From assembly GCA_002269645.1 (NCBI GenBank), contig NIVC01002188.1, positions 62,001-126,000 on the forward strand: DNA of 64,000 nt, in the 5' to 3' direction. This DNA is from Macrostomum lignano. Taxonomy: Eukaryota. How positions within the stretch are numbered: position 1 is the stretch's first letter; every line of letters begins with the position of its first letter. This document shows positions 28,452 to 41,504 of this stretch, one piece after another. The notes beneath the pieces were generated by a model. That model saw nothing but the letters and a program-made list of their open reading frames with translations, was not told the DNA's origin and ran no database searches. A program made the translations under genes and the position numbers.

Positions 28452-28908
28452 GCAGCTTCGTGTATCCGCAACCTCAGCACAGCGGCCTCACACAGCTGGC
28501 GGCTCTCAGAGAGTCGCGCTCCTCCAGCAGCAACAGCAGCAACAGCAGCAGCAGATGCAGCTGAAAGCAGCAGCCACGCCAGCATCCACTGATGAAGAAC
28601 CCGCCGCAGCTGATAAATCTACAAGCAACGGCAACGGTGGTCCTGCGGCAGCCACTCCTGTGGTTCAGCCACCACAGCAGCTGCAGCAGCTGCAGAAGCA
28701 GTCACATCCGGGTCCCAGAAGCCGGCTTACTCGCAGCCAGTCTGCCGGGCCACGACGCGGCGTTCGATTCGACATGACCAGCAACTCGGTGCACGAGTAT
28801 GAGCCGCAGCAAAATCACGGCTTCGGACGGCAGCAGCTGTACGGCGGGGACAACGACAGCGGCGACCAGTGGTACCGGCTGATGTGGCGACGGCTGGCTG
28901 AGAACTGA
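26746..28908 (+). CDS. Intronless 720-aa polyQ/low-complexity protein with SILK and RVxF motifs (candidate PP1-interacting protein)
   Basis: Uninterrupted 2163-bp ORF with an in-frame upstream stop at 26725. GC-rich codon pattern with CAG/CAA runs. KSILKK (28372-28389) and RRGVRF (28753-28770) followed by NSVHEY. Function is inferred from motifs only. Confidence 0.7.
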
Positions 28909-30742
28909 CCGGAATCGGCCAACTCCAGGAACTGCTATCGATGTGCCATATGTACACGTATACCCACTGTATTCCGTACTTGAAAATTGCTTTAAAACAA
29001 ATGTCTAATCTTTTGTTTATTTTATTTTTTCAGTTTGCGAAAACGAACTGTGTTTCAACACTCACTGACACTTACTTTTGATACGAGAGTATTAGTAATC
29101 GATTAATTAACTTCCCAGCTCCAAAGAGGCGCTGACGGATAATTTATTCTCGTTTCGGTAAATTCCTTGACTGCACAGTTGAAACTGAAGGCAAACCTTC
29201 AGTTGTTTGTCAAGCTTGTATAGTGGGCTTGAATACGACTCTATGATGCTGAATGCCTGCTGTAGGACAGCATGAGGCATGGACAGCTATCTAATTATAA
29301 GCATGCTTCTAATTATATTGTGTACCAGATGAAAAGATTTTTTTAGTTTAAGTTGTGAACAGCTGATGTTCAAAGGTGTCTTTTTGGCTGGGTTTTTTAC
29401 TACAGATCGATATCTCTAGACTATAGAGAGCAAAGTTTATGCAAGGACAATCGTTCAGATTTTGGCTGAATTTGCCTGTTGCAATACCCGATTTGGCCAC
29501 ACACAGCTCAAAAATGTTACCCGACAAGCAGTGGTAGGTGTCGATGAAAAACTCTTATAGCTTAGAGCTGGCTTAAAACTTTGATATAGCTTTGGCGTCA
29601 AAAGAAGCAGGGATGAAAGTTCTCAGTCGAAACCCGCTTTGCAATCAGACCTCGGAAGCGGAAGAAAAGGAAAGGTTTCTCACAATCTTAAATTACTTTT
29701 AAAGTACTTTGTGCTGTCTTTGTTGACACTTACATTTTATTGCCATCATGCATTTCTGCAGCGCTGAGGCATTTTTTAGCAATTTGACGATCGTTGTTCG
29801 CACATTTTATGCAGAACAATACATTATTACGTCAAACAGATCGTCAAACAGAAAAAAACAATGGCAAGAATCAGCGGTCGCAGCACGTGACAACGACGTC
29901 ACGCACTGGAACCGCAGGTTATTTATCGTTTTCGTATGTTTTCGGAACTCTATGGCAGACCCTTTCACTGCAGAACACATGGAATTTTGCTCAAAAGAGG
30001 TATTTTCAAGTGACATTGGCGTCAAAAGAAGTATATATAAGTTCTACCGGCTTTCAAAAACCACTTTGCAATAAAACGTCTATAGCTACAGCCTGAGCAA
30101 TACTCAATAGTGAAAGGACTTATGGAACATCCATCGTATTCTGGCCTAGCAGCAATATTTGATCAACTTGCGGACTTGAAAAAACGGACAAAAGTTTAAA
30201 ATATTGACTCGTCATGCTGGTAATTAAATTTGGTCAGTCAGCATGCTGTATAGTTTTATCTTGACATGCAATTTGTGAGTAAAATTCGCTTTTTAATTTC
30301 TGAAGCACATTAACAAATCAATTAAAAGCAGATAAACAAACGCGTATTTTAATAATCATTAAAAATACAAAATACTTGTTTTAAAATTTATGTACATATT
30401 GTATAAAATAAAAATATTTTGCCAATGAAAATACTAAGTAATCACTAATTATTCCGTATAAATTATTACAACCTGTTTTCGAGTCCGAGGCGAATAGCTA
30501 AGCGTTTTAGATTCCCAATAGAATAGAATGGTTCGATATTTCGAAAGAATTACTGAATAATATAAATCACAAAAAATTAACTGACTATGACTTTTCTAAT
30601 CAATCAAACAGAAAGCTGCGATTGCCACGAGTAAAACAGAAAATAGGAGAAGTTTCATTGGTTCAAAATCAAACATTTATATTTTTTTTCACACCCCTGC
30701 ATTACTCGTATAGGTAACTTTCCTGAAGTCCCACAACGACTA

Positions 30743-31285
30743 CCCAGATCTCTCAATGATTACCCCAGATCTCTCAATGATTACCCAGATCTCTCAATGA
30801 TTTCCCAGATCTCTCAATGATTACCCAGATCTCTCAATGATTACCCAGATCTCTCAATGATTACCCAGATCTCTCAATGATTACCCAGATCTCACAATGA
30901 TTACCCTGATCTCTCAATGATTACCCAGATCTCTCAATGATTACCCAGATCTCTCAATGATTACCCAGATCTCTCAATGATTACCCAGATCTCTCAATGA
31001 TTACCCAGATCTCTCAATGATTACCCAGATCTCACAATGATTACCCTGATCTCTCAATGATTACCCAGATCTCTCAATGATTACCCAGATCTCTCAATGA
31101 TTACCCAGATCTCTCAATGATTACCCAGATCTCTCAATGATTACCCAGATCTCTCAATGATTACCCAGATCTCACAAGGATTACCCAGATCTCAATGATT
31201 ACCCAGATCTCTCAATGATTACACAGATCTCTCAATGATTACCCAGATCTCTCAATGATTACACAGATCTCTCAATGATTACCCT
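30743..31285. repeat. Minisatellite, 20-bp unit (GATTACCCAGATCTCTCAAT), just 3' of the GluCl stop codon
   Basis: About 27 near-identical copies. Confidence 0.95.
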
Positions 31286-31345
31286 GAAAACTACTGTCCA
31301 GAGGCTCCGCTCCAGTTGTCCACGGAGCCCTGCCTCAAGGCGGGC

Positions 31346-34300
31346 TCAGGCAATGATCAGGTAGTAAACCCAGTAGACCACGTTAAACAGTGCAAACGAT
31401 AGCGGAAAAAATCTTCTCGAAAATTTATCGATTTTTTTAGCCGTCGGCATATTCGGTCTCTGCTTCGGCATCGGAGGAGCCGCCGACTGAGCCTGCGGCG
31501 GTGACGGCGGCGGCGCCTCCTCGAGCATCAGGACGGTGTCGCGCATGAAGACAGGCGAGTTGCTGTCCGTCCTGATCCGCAGGCCGCTCGAACCGCCGCC
31601 GCCGCCGCCGCCGCCACCGCCTCCTCCGATGCCGCCGCGTTTTCGACCGACGCGTCGAAGAAGCCCGCCGCCGCCGCTGCCGCCGGAGCGCCTGTTGCGG
31701 CTGCGGAGCTGCTGCTGCTGCCTCTTGGCGGCGGCTCCAGACGACTCCTCTCTGCTGTACACATTGACGATTGCAAACTCTAGCAGTGAGGCGAACACGA
31801 AACCCAGGCAGACGCTCATCCACACGTCGATGGCTTTGATATAGGACACCTTGGGCAGGGAGGACTTGGCGCTGGAGGCCTGAGTGGTGATGGTCAGCAC
31901 TGGGGAGGGAATGGTTGTTGCAGACTTTATCACATCATTATGGGATGGTTATCGTAGGGTTATCCATAGACATCACATGATTTTATCACATACACATCAC
32001 ATGATTATCAAAAATAGATCGCATGATTATGACATTATTATCACCATGTACATACAGTATATTCAGCATGATCATCATCATCTCACCTGTGAGCAGTCCC
32101 AGACTCACTCGGCCAGGTACGGAGTCGATGTTAAGCCAAAACGAGAACCAACTTAGAATTACTATCAGAACTGTGGGTATGTAGATCTGGAAATTTCACA
32201 ATCAGGCAGTGAAGAAATGTTATTATGTTATGATTCATCATGTAATGGGTCATGATTTGAGTTACATAATCGGTCATGATTTGAGTTACATGATGGGTCA
32301 TGATATGAGTCACATAATGGGTCATGATTGAGTCGCATAATGGGTCATGATTTGAGTCACATAATGGGTCATGATTTGAGTTACATAATGGGTCATGATT
32401 TGAGTTACATAATGGGTCATGATTTGAGTTACATAATGGGTCATGATTTGAGTTACATGATGGGTCATGATATAGGTCGCAGTATGGGTCATGATTTGAG
32501 TCACATAATGGGTCATGATTGGAGTTACATGATGGGTCATGATATTGGTAGCAATATGGGTCATGATGAGTCACATCATGGGTCATGATTTGAGTCGCAT
32601 AATGAATCATGATATGAGTCACATAATGGGTCATGATATGAGTCACATAATGGGTCATGATATGAGTCACATAATGGGTCATGATATGAGTCGCATAATG
32701 GGTCATGATATGAGTCACATAATGGGTCATGATATGAGTCACATAACGGGTCATGATTTGAGTCACATAATGGGTCATGATTTGAGTCGCATAATGAATC
32801 ATGATATGAGTCACATAATGGGTCATGATATGAGTCACATAATGGGTCATGATATGAGTCACATAATGGGTCATGATATGAGTCGCATAATGGGTCATGA
32901 TTTGAATCACATAATGGGTCATGATTTGTGTCACATAACGGGTCATGATTTGAGTCACATTGTGGGTCATGATTTGAGTCACATAATGAGTGATATGAGT
33001 CACAAAATGGGTCATGATTTGAGTCACATAGTGGGTCATGAAGACTCGCATAATGGGTCATGATTTTAGTCACATAGTGGGTCATGAAATGGGTCACATA
33101 CTAGCCCTACTATCCGTCATGATATGAGTTGAGCTGTCACAAACCTGAATAAGGAAATAGCCAAAGTCCCTCTTCAACTCGAAGGTCATCTGCAGGCACG
33201 GATAGGCACCAGTCGTGTAATTGAGATCGCAGGATTTCAGGTGGACATTCTTTAAATCAAACTGGGGCATGGTCAGGTCCTCTGGTATGTCGTCTGGTCG
33301 GCGTGGTGGTTGCAACCACTTGAAGGCCACGGTGTCCATGGTGTGGCCGACTGGAGTTCCGGCAAGGTTTTGCAATGACCAATGACCATTTGTTAAATGG
33401 GTTATTCAAAAAGTTCGTAAAATTGTCGTCAATGTCTTTTTGAAGGGTCAAGCTAAATAAGATGGGAACCTGTTAGATAGAATGGGAACTTGTTAGATAG
33501 AATGGGAACGTGTTAGATAGAATGGGAACCTGTTAGATAGGATGGAAACCTGTTAGATAGGATGGTATCCTGTTAGATAGGAAAGTGATCTAATGAGCAA
33601 GCAGACTCACAGCTTTCGAACATCATAGGGCACATCTGGGTGTCCAATGGGTATTTTTTCAAATTCATCTCGCAGGATAACGTGATTGACAATCTGCCAA
33701 TTAAACAAATAATTTAATAATTGTAGTCACTTAATACTACTTTGAATTGGACTTATTAGTAGTAACGCGCGAGAATGAAATTAACTTACTTGATGACGTA
33801 CCAAATTCGTCCATTGGGCTCAAGATTCATAAACCGGTTGGGTATTGTGACCGAGTGGAAGGCGGCCTTCTTCTCGTTTCTGCGGTTTGTAAAGAAGTCT
33901 AAATTTTTTATGAGGATCATAATAGAACTGGTTATCGGCCGTCAAAAATGATAAGATTAGAACTGGGTATCGGCCTTCAAAAATGATAAGATTGGAACTG
34001 GTTATCGGCCTTCAAAAATGATAAGATTGGAACTGGTTATCGGCCGTCAAAAATGATAAGATTAGAACTGGGTATCGGCCTTCAAAAATGATAAGATTGG
34101 AACTGGTTATCGGCCTTCAAAAATGATAAGATTGGAACTGGGTATCGGGGCCTTCAAAAAGATAAGATTGGAACTGGTTATCGGCCTTCAAAAATGATAA
34201 GATTGGAACTGGTTATCGGCCTTCAAAAATGATAAGATTAGAACTGGTTATCGGGGCCTTCAAAAAGATAAGATTAGAACTGGTTATCGGCCTTCAAAAA

Positions 34301-37300
34301 TGATAAGATTAGAACTGGTTATCGGGGCCTTCAAAAAGATAAGATTAGAACTGGTTATCGACCTTCAAAAATGATAAGATTAGAACTGGGTATCGGGGCC
34401 TTTAAAAAGATAAGATTAGAACTGGTTATCGACCTTCAAAAATGATAAGATTAGAACTGGGTATCGGGGCCTTCAAAAAGATAAGATTAGAACTGGGTAT
34501 CGGCCTTCAAAAAATGATAAGATTGGAACTGGTTATCGGCCGTCAAAATGATAAGATTGGAACTGGTTATCGGCCTTCAAAAATGATAAGATTAGAACTG
34601 GTTATCGGGGCCTTCAAAAAGATAAGATTGGAACTGGTTATCGGCCTTCAAAAAATGATAAGATTGGAACTGGTTATCGGCCGTCAAAAATGATAAGATT
34701 GGAACTGGTTATCGGCCTTCAAAAATGATAAGATTAGAACTGGTTATCGACCTTCAAAAATGATAAGATTAGAACTGGGTATCGGGGCCTTTAAAAAGAT
34801 AAGATTAGAACTGGTTATCGACCTTCAAAAATGATAAGATTAGAACTGGGTATCGGGGCCTTCAAAAATGATAAGATTGGAACGGGTTATCGACCTTCAA
34901 AAATGATAAGATTAGAACTGGGTTTCGGCCTTCAAAAATGATAAGATTAGAACTGGGTTTCGGCCTTCAAAAATGATAAGATTAGAACTGGGTTTCGGCC
35001 TTCAAAAATGATAAGATTAGAACTGGGTGTAGCCTCTAACAGTTATCAGAATGGAGGACCAAAATAAGTGACTTATAGTTGCTTTAAGTATTTTGATTTT
35101 TATCAAACCAGACAACACATTTGTATATTTATATCTGCAGCTAAACACTCTAATAGCAGGCATTAGAAAGTACAAGTACAGATACAAATTGCTGCATCTC
35201 CGACAAGCCAGACTGCCAGAGCCACAACTGCAGTCGTTTAATCAAAGCTCGCCATCCCCCGGTGGCCGGCTCTCGGTCACGCACGAATGGCCCAGCATAA
35301 GAGTGCCTGCCAGCGTCTCCATTCCAGCTTTACTACTTCCAGATGCACTATATTATCCAGAGACCCCTCAGACAAGACCAAAAAACTTTCGCCGATGGAT
35401 AGTTTACACCGTTAAAAAATATTTGAAGCAGACCGCGCACCTGAGAAACACGTCGGGCACCCAGATCTTCTCCCAGATGTTGTCTTCCAGCTTGATTTGC
35501 GCCTTGCCGCCAACTTCGCTGCTGTTGTAGCTCAGCCTGGGATCCGTCCACTGCAGCCGGAGGTAAATGGTTAGCGAGTAGTCCTGCAATCGTGTGGGGA
35601 TGGCGATTTGTATTTAAGTATTGCCATGGACCCGATATGTATCGAAATCTTGTATGAACCCAATAAGTATCGAAATCTTGTATGAACCCAATAAGTATCG
35701 AAATCTTGTATTAACCCAATAAGTATCGAAATCTTGTATTAACCCGATTGTATCGAAATCTTCTATATACACGATGTGTATCGAAATCTTATGAATCCGA
35801 TATGTATCGAAATCTACAGATAACTTACCATGGTAGCCTCACTAATAGAATAGAAACCGATCACGTAGATTCCTATATACACTGTAGTTGTAGAATCTGT
35901 AAAAAATTATCAAATCAAATTACCGAATAAATTGATTTATAGATTTGGCAACAACGCAGGGAATCGAACCCGGGTCCTTAAGCACAAAAGAGTTTACCGA
36001 GATAGACCATTCAGCAGAAACTTCCCCTGTATTCCCTTTATTAACAAACCAGTGTTATATAAAATGATGCAGCCTCTCAGTCTCACCTCCATTCGGGCTG
36101 TTTTGCCTCGTGTAGTTCTTCAGCATTTTGTCCACTACGCGCTTTCTGAAATTCGGCATTGCAAATGGCGAATCATGATCAGGCAGATGCAAGTCCTAAT
36201 GTTACACTTTTATAACCCTTTTCAAGCATGTTCCGTGCCGGCAAGCAATAAAGATAGCAGTGGACCCGCTTCAGACTTATTCTGAAATTGTTCCGGGTCA
36301 AATAATGGCGAACGGGTCTTGTAGTTCCATGTAGGCGCTGCCGTTGTTCTTGTTAGTCAGAATTGGGGTAGCTTTACAAACAAAGCTTTACCGGACTGAA
36401 GATAAGTCCTTAGGGACACCGGAATGTTATACGGACAGACTGATATGGCATTGATGTATGACATACAATATTTGAATACAGTCCTAGCACGACAAATGCT
36501 GCAATGCATAATGGGATTTTACCCTAACTGTCTATGACTCTATGACCTAAAACTGCCAATGGCACAAAACTGTTTGCAACGTAAAACTGGTTATGATTAT
36601 GACCCAAATACTTTTATGACGGACATTTTATGACACTATCTGTCTATGGGCAAAAATTTTGTATATGGCCCAAAACTGCCTATGACACAAAACTGTCTCC
36701 GACCCGAAATTGTCTATGAGCCTAAACTGTCTATGACACAAAATCGTCTATGACACAAAACTGTCTATGACCTAAAACTGTCTGTGACCCAAAACTGTCT
36801 ATGACCCAAAACTGTCTATGACCCAAAACTGTCTATGACCCAAAACTGTCTATGACCCAAAACTGTCTATGACCCAAAACTTTCTACGACACGAAACTAT
36901 CTATGACCCAAAACTGTCTATGACCCAAAACTGTATGACCCAAAACTGTCTATGACCCTAACTGTCTATGACCCAAAACTATCTATGACCAACTCTGTCT
37001 ATGACCCAAAACTGTCTATGACCCAAAACTGTCTATGACCCAAAATTGTCTATGACCCATAACTGTATGACCCAAAACTGTCTATGACCCATAACTGTAT
37101 GACCCAAAACTGTCTATGACCCAAAACTGTATGACCCAAAACTGTCTATGACCTCAACTGTCTATGACCCAAAACTATGTATGACCAACTCTGTCTATGA
37201 CCCAAAACTGTCTATGAACTCCCTGTGCTCACACGCGGGGGCAGGCAAAAGCTCCGCATTACAGCGCAAATCGTCAGCAACAGACTTTGCAGGCGCCATC

Positions 37301-39326
37301 GCATAGCAACGGCAGTTCAAATGTGTTTAAAAACTGGATCGGGTGAGCAAAATTTACAACCGCAAAAGCCAGTTAGCAGAAGTTTATATAAACAAATTAT
37401 TCTTATCAAAATATAACAAACTAAGCTATTGTCCTAACTTGTCTAAAGTGGCTATTTTAACAAAAAAACTGTTATTGAGCCATTAGCTTAAAAAACTGAA
37501 AACAAAGAGTTGAAACAAAGATCTGAAGAGCTAGTGCAGAAACGGATATGAATATGCCGTATTAGTTAGAGAAGAAGTTAGCGGTTAAAGTATATTGAAT
37601 TCATCATCTCAGCCATTCGCATTTAAACTTTTCACGGCAAGAAAATCAAAAAAAACTTTTTCGAGCAACTGCTCTGCCGACTGCCCAGCTGCTCACATGA
37701 GGCCGTCACTTTTTCGACTGAAATTCGGGAATTAACATGAGAGCAAGAACGCTTGCGTATTAATACTTGAACTTTTGCATTCGATCACTATATGGCTCAT
37801 AGTTATAGAAATATTGATGATGGCGCGCAGGAAGTGAAGGTGCATTTTGTACTTTGGCATTTGAATAAACTTGTGCCAAATACTCGAGTTAAGGGGTGCA
37901 CAACAGCAAAAACCATTTTCCTATAGAGACTCGAATGTGCGAAGTTAAACAAAAATTTCTGAATGAGTGCAATGGATGCTCAGGTAATTTATAGCTTAGT
38001 GATCCTTTATTTAGTATCAATGACTTTGTAGTAACCCTCTCTCACTGCTGTAACCCTCTATCGCTGCAGTAACCCTCTCTCACTCCAGTAGCCCCCTCTC
38101 ACTCCAGTATAGCCCCTCTCTCACTCCAGTAACCCCTCTCTCACTCCAGTAACCCCTCTCTCACTCCAGTAACCCCTCTCTCACTCCAGTAACCCCTCTC
38201 TCACTCCAGTAACCCCTCTCTCACTCCAGTAACCCCGCTCACTCAAGTAACCCTCTCTCACTCCAGTAACCTCTCTCACTACAGTAGCCCCTCTCACTAC
38301 AGTAGCCCCTCTCACTACAGTAGCCCCTCTCACTACAGTAGCCCCTCTCACTCCAGTAACCCCTCTCACTACAGTAACACCTCTCACTCCAGTAACCCCT
38401 CTCACTACAGTAGCCCCTCTCATTCCAGTAACCCCTCTCACTACAGTAGCCCCTCTCACTACAGTAGCCCCTCTCACTCCAGTAACCCTCTCACTACAGT
38501 AACCCCTCTCACTCCAGTAACCCCTCTCACTCCAGTAACCCCTCTCTCACTCCAGTAACCCCTCTCTCACTCCAGTAACCCCTCTCTCACTCCAGTAACC
38601 CCTCTCTCACTCCAGTAACCCCTCTCTCACTCCAGTAACCCCTCTCTCACTCCAGTAACCCCTCTCTCACTCCAGTAACCCCGCTCACTCAAGTAACCCT
38701 CTCTCACTCCAGTAACCCCTCTCACTACAGTAGCCCCTCTCACTCCAGTAACCCCTCTCACTACAGTAGCCCCTCTCACTACAGTAGCCCCTCTCACTCC
38801 AGTAACCCCTCTCACTCCAGTAACCCCTCTCACTCCAGTAACCCCTCTCACTACAGTAGCCCCTCTCACTCCAGTAACCCCTCTCACTACAGTATGGGAT
38901 ACCAATAAAGCAATTAGACAGAAAAGACATCCTTAATCACTCCAGCTCATCCCCTAGGCCAGCGGGTGACTGACTGACTAAATTTCAAACCAATTCCCAG
39001 TCTCAGTAGGCAAGCAATAACTAATACGAGTAATAACTAAAATATTTGAGCAAGTAACCGGTGCAAGGCCCAGGTGCAAGGCCCCGGTGCAAGACCAGAA
39101 AGCTCTCAGTAAAACAGTGCAGATTCGTACTAAGTGCTATCAACCTTCTGCCTCAAGATTACGCATGCACAGAAATAATTCAGTGGTATTTTATTGATAA
39201 TAAATTTATCTTCAATTAATTAGCAACTCACGCATTCTCAGCGGAGCTCGGCGCAGCCTCCGATGTCGCTTTGAGCAGCAGGTGATGCAGCAGCAGGAGT
39301 AGCAGAAACCGACTCAGCCAGGCCAT
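31346..39326 (-). CDS. Cys-loop anion channel, lophotrochozoan-type glutamate-gated chloride channel subunit (exons 39326-39232, 36348-36277, 36145-36087, 35896-35829, 35583-35441, 33879-33790, 33693-33611, 33350-33145, 32186-32087, 31899-31346; 489 aa)
   Basis: Phase-consistent GT/AG chain. Signal peptide [24 protein letters not shown], loop D IYLR, loop [12 protein letters not shown], Cys-loop [15 protein letters not shown], loop [14 protein letters not shown]1 [14 protein letters not shown]2 [18 protein letters not shown]3 [10 protein letters not shown]4 [10 protein letters not shown]. The last eight exons are secure; the first two are less so. Confidence 0.88.
32235..33125. repeat. Minisatellite, 24-bp unit (GGGTCATGATWTGAGTCACATAAT), GluCl intron
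   Basis: About 36 copies; source of the spurious IMTHYVTH ORFs. Confidence 0.95.
33465..33585. repeat. Short 20-bp tandem repeat (TGTTAGATAGAATGGGAACC), GluCl intron
   Basis: About 6 copies. Confidence 0.85.
33930..35030. repeat. Minisatellite, 35-37-bp unit (AAAATGATAAGATTRGAACTGGKTATCGGCCTTC), GluCl intron
   Basis: About 31 copies; period 35 (33961, 33996). Confidence 0.95.
35620..35820. repeat. 28-bp tandem repeat (GTATCGAAATCTTGTATGAACCCAATAA), GluCl intron
   Basis: ATCGAAATC at 35641, 35669 and onward; decays toward the donor site. Confidence 0.85.
35950..36015 (-). mobile_element. tRNA-derived SINE-like relic in a GluCl intron
   Basis: Perfect B-box GGTTCGATTCC (35970-35960) in a partial T-arm, with a weak A-box upstream. 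Acceptor and anticodon stems are not intact, so this is not called a tRNA gene. Confidence 0.4.
36520..37220. repeat. Minisatellite, 17-bp unit (CTGTCTATGACCCAAAA), GluCl intron
   Basis: Period 17 (36781, 36798, 36815). Confidence 0.93.
38030..38895. repeat. Minisatellite, 18/20-bp unit (CTCACTMCAGTARCCCCT), GluCl intron
   Basis: About 45 copies with an internal block duplication. Confidence 0.95.
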
Positions 39327-39464
39327 CAATGGCTCAATTCAGGTTGCAATCAGGTTGATGATCGTCCAGGTTGCTTCAGGTCATAAGATTAAGGCCAAGG
39401 TCACTCAGGATACTCCAGGTCAAAACACGCTCCGGGTCAATTCAGGTCAAGGTTGAGTCCACAG

Positions 39465-40215
39465 ATCTATAGATGAAGGTAAAACAGATCTAGAGATGAA
39501 GGGACGACAGATCTAAAGATGAAGGTACTACAAATCTATAGATGAAGTAAGACAGATCTAGAGATGAAGGTTCTACAGATCTATAGATGAAGTAAGACAG
39601 ATCTAGAGATGAAGGTTCTACAGATCTATAGATGAAGTAAGACAGATCTAGAGATGAAGGTACTACAGATCTATAGATGAAGTAAGACAGATCTAGAGAT
39701 GAAGGGACGACAGATCTATAGATAAAGTAAGACATATCTAGAGATGAAGGAACGACAGATCTATAGATGAAGTAAGACAGATCTAGAGATGAAGGTACTA
39801 CAGATCCATAGATGAAGTAAGACAGATCTAGAGATGAAGGGACGACAGATCTATAGATAAAGTAAGACATATCTAGAGATGAAGGAACGACAGATCTATA
39901 GATGAAGTAAGACAGATCTAGAGATGAAGGGACGACAGATCTATAGATTAAGTAAGACAGATCTAGAGATGAAGGGACGACAGATCTATAGATGAAGGTA
40001 GGACAGATCTAGAGATGAAGGGACGACAGATCTATAGATGAAGGTAGGACAGATCTAGAAATAAATTAAGACAGATCTAGAGATGAAAGTACGACAGGTC
40101 TATAGATGAAGTAAGACATATCTAGAGATGAGGTAAGACAGATATTGAGATAAACTTAGATTGATCTATGGGTAAAATAGGGTAGCTCTAGAGATGTAAT
40201 GAGATATATCTAGAG
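39465..40215. repeat. Minisatellite, 45-bp dimeric unit (CAGATCTAGAGATGAAGG..CAGATCTATAGATGAAGTAAGA)
   Basis: Period 45 (39601, 39646), made of 23+22-bp subunits. Confidence 0.93.
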
Positions 40216-40869
40216 ACAAGAGTCAACTTATACCTCATTCTGCCACCGCATTTCCAATAGATTTGCACACCCAAAGCTCTTAACCACCAGGGAGTCTGCA
40301 AATCGCAAAATCGCAAAATGCATCCGGGACTCCACAGTCTGTAAACAGCCATTTTGCAGCCAAATAGCCCAGCTACTTTGTTCATGTGGCAACATCCCGG
40401 GGCGCTGGCCCTAAAAAACGAGAGTTACAACCTACCAGCTATCCCCCAGCCAGTCAAAAGAGTCTCGGCCGCGCGCACACGACGACAAAGGGCCGAGGAC
40501 GCGCGGCCAAGGTAAAAAACACAGTTGCGGAAAGAGGTAGACGCCGTCCGAAAGCGATAGTTTATGACCCAGCAAACTCCGCGCCGCCGGCTTTGCTTTC
40601 TAAGAAATGTAGGCTCCAGGACAGAGAGCTGTTAATGCTTGCCCCAGCGCCTGGCCCAGAAAGTTCAAACGCTGAAGGATGATGGGTGAGGGAGGATGCT
40701 GGAACGCACCAGCTAGCCGGTGTCTTGGCTAAAGCAAAACAAAAGCAGCAGAAAAAGAATGGCCGGAATAAGTTGACCAGGGTAGAAACACATTTTTGTC
40801 ATTCATTCTGCGCAGAAGGCACTGGAAACAAAACAGGTGACTGGGAGGTTTCTGTGCAAATCGATGCGA

Positions 40870-41090
40870 CTCCAGATTTAGAGACTGGGTGAGATAGATT
40901 TAAAGATGGGTGAGATAGATTTAGAGACTTGGTGAGATAGATTTAGAGACTGGGTGAGATAGATTTAGAGATGGAGTGAGATAGGTTTAAAGATGGGTGA
41001 GATAGATTTAGAGATGGAGTGAGGTAGATTGGGAGATGGAGTGAGATAGATTTGGAGATGGGATGAGATAGATTGAGAGGTGGGGTGATG
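40870..41090. repeat. 21-22-bp tandem repeat (GAGATAGATTTAGAGAYKGGGT)
   Basis: About 10 degenerate copies. Confidence 0.85.
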
Positions 41091-41504
41091 GGGAGCCAGA
41101 ACTATTCTCCCCCCTTGACCCCGGCCTCTAAAACTTCACTCATTTGAACTGCGTTTCTAGGCCCCGCCATTTCCATGACAACGTCAGAAGTTGATTGATG
41201 ACACCATTCAAGCATTAGGCCTCTCGTCATCTCCCCAGTGACAGATGGGATGCGCAGCGGGAATCAGTGCTTGGGCAGGAAGGCACCAGATTTGCATATT
41301 AGCGCACGCATCCCATCTGATTGCTTCCGTGTGCTCTCATTGGAAGTTGTGGGTGCGGACTCGCCTTCCCTGCACCTTTTGGGTGATGATTGTTTGATGT
41401 TGGTAGCAGTTATCACGTGACTTGCTGTGATCGACAATTTGATGATCTTTTTTAATTATCAGAAATTGTGACCTTACGAACCGAACTTGTGTACTCATAT
41501 TTTC

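Noticed and set aside
29100-30100. Protein-like short frames (MADPFTAEHMEFC.., LQQAFSIIESY..)
   Set aside because: No recognisable motif or termini; may be decayed transposon DNA but cannot be supported by eye.
40386-40892. Arg-rich broken frames resembling Helitron N-terminal repeats
   Set aside because: Similarity is compositional only, with multiple stops and no Rep or helicase motifs.
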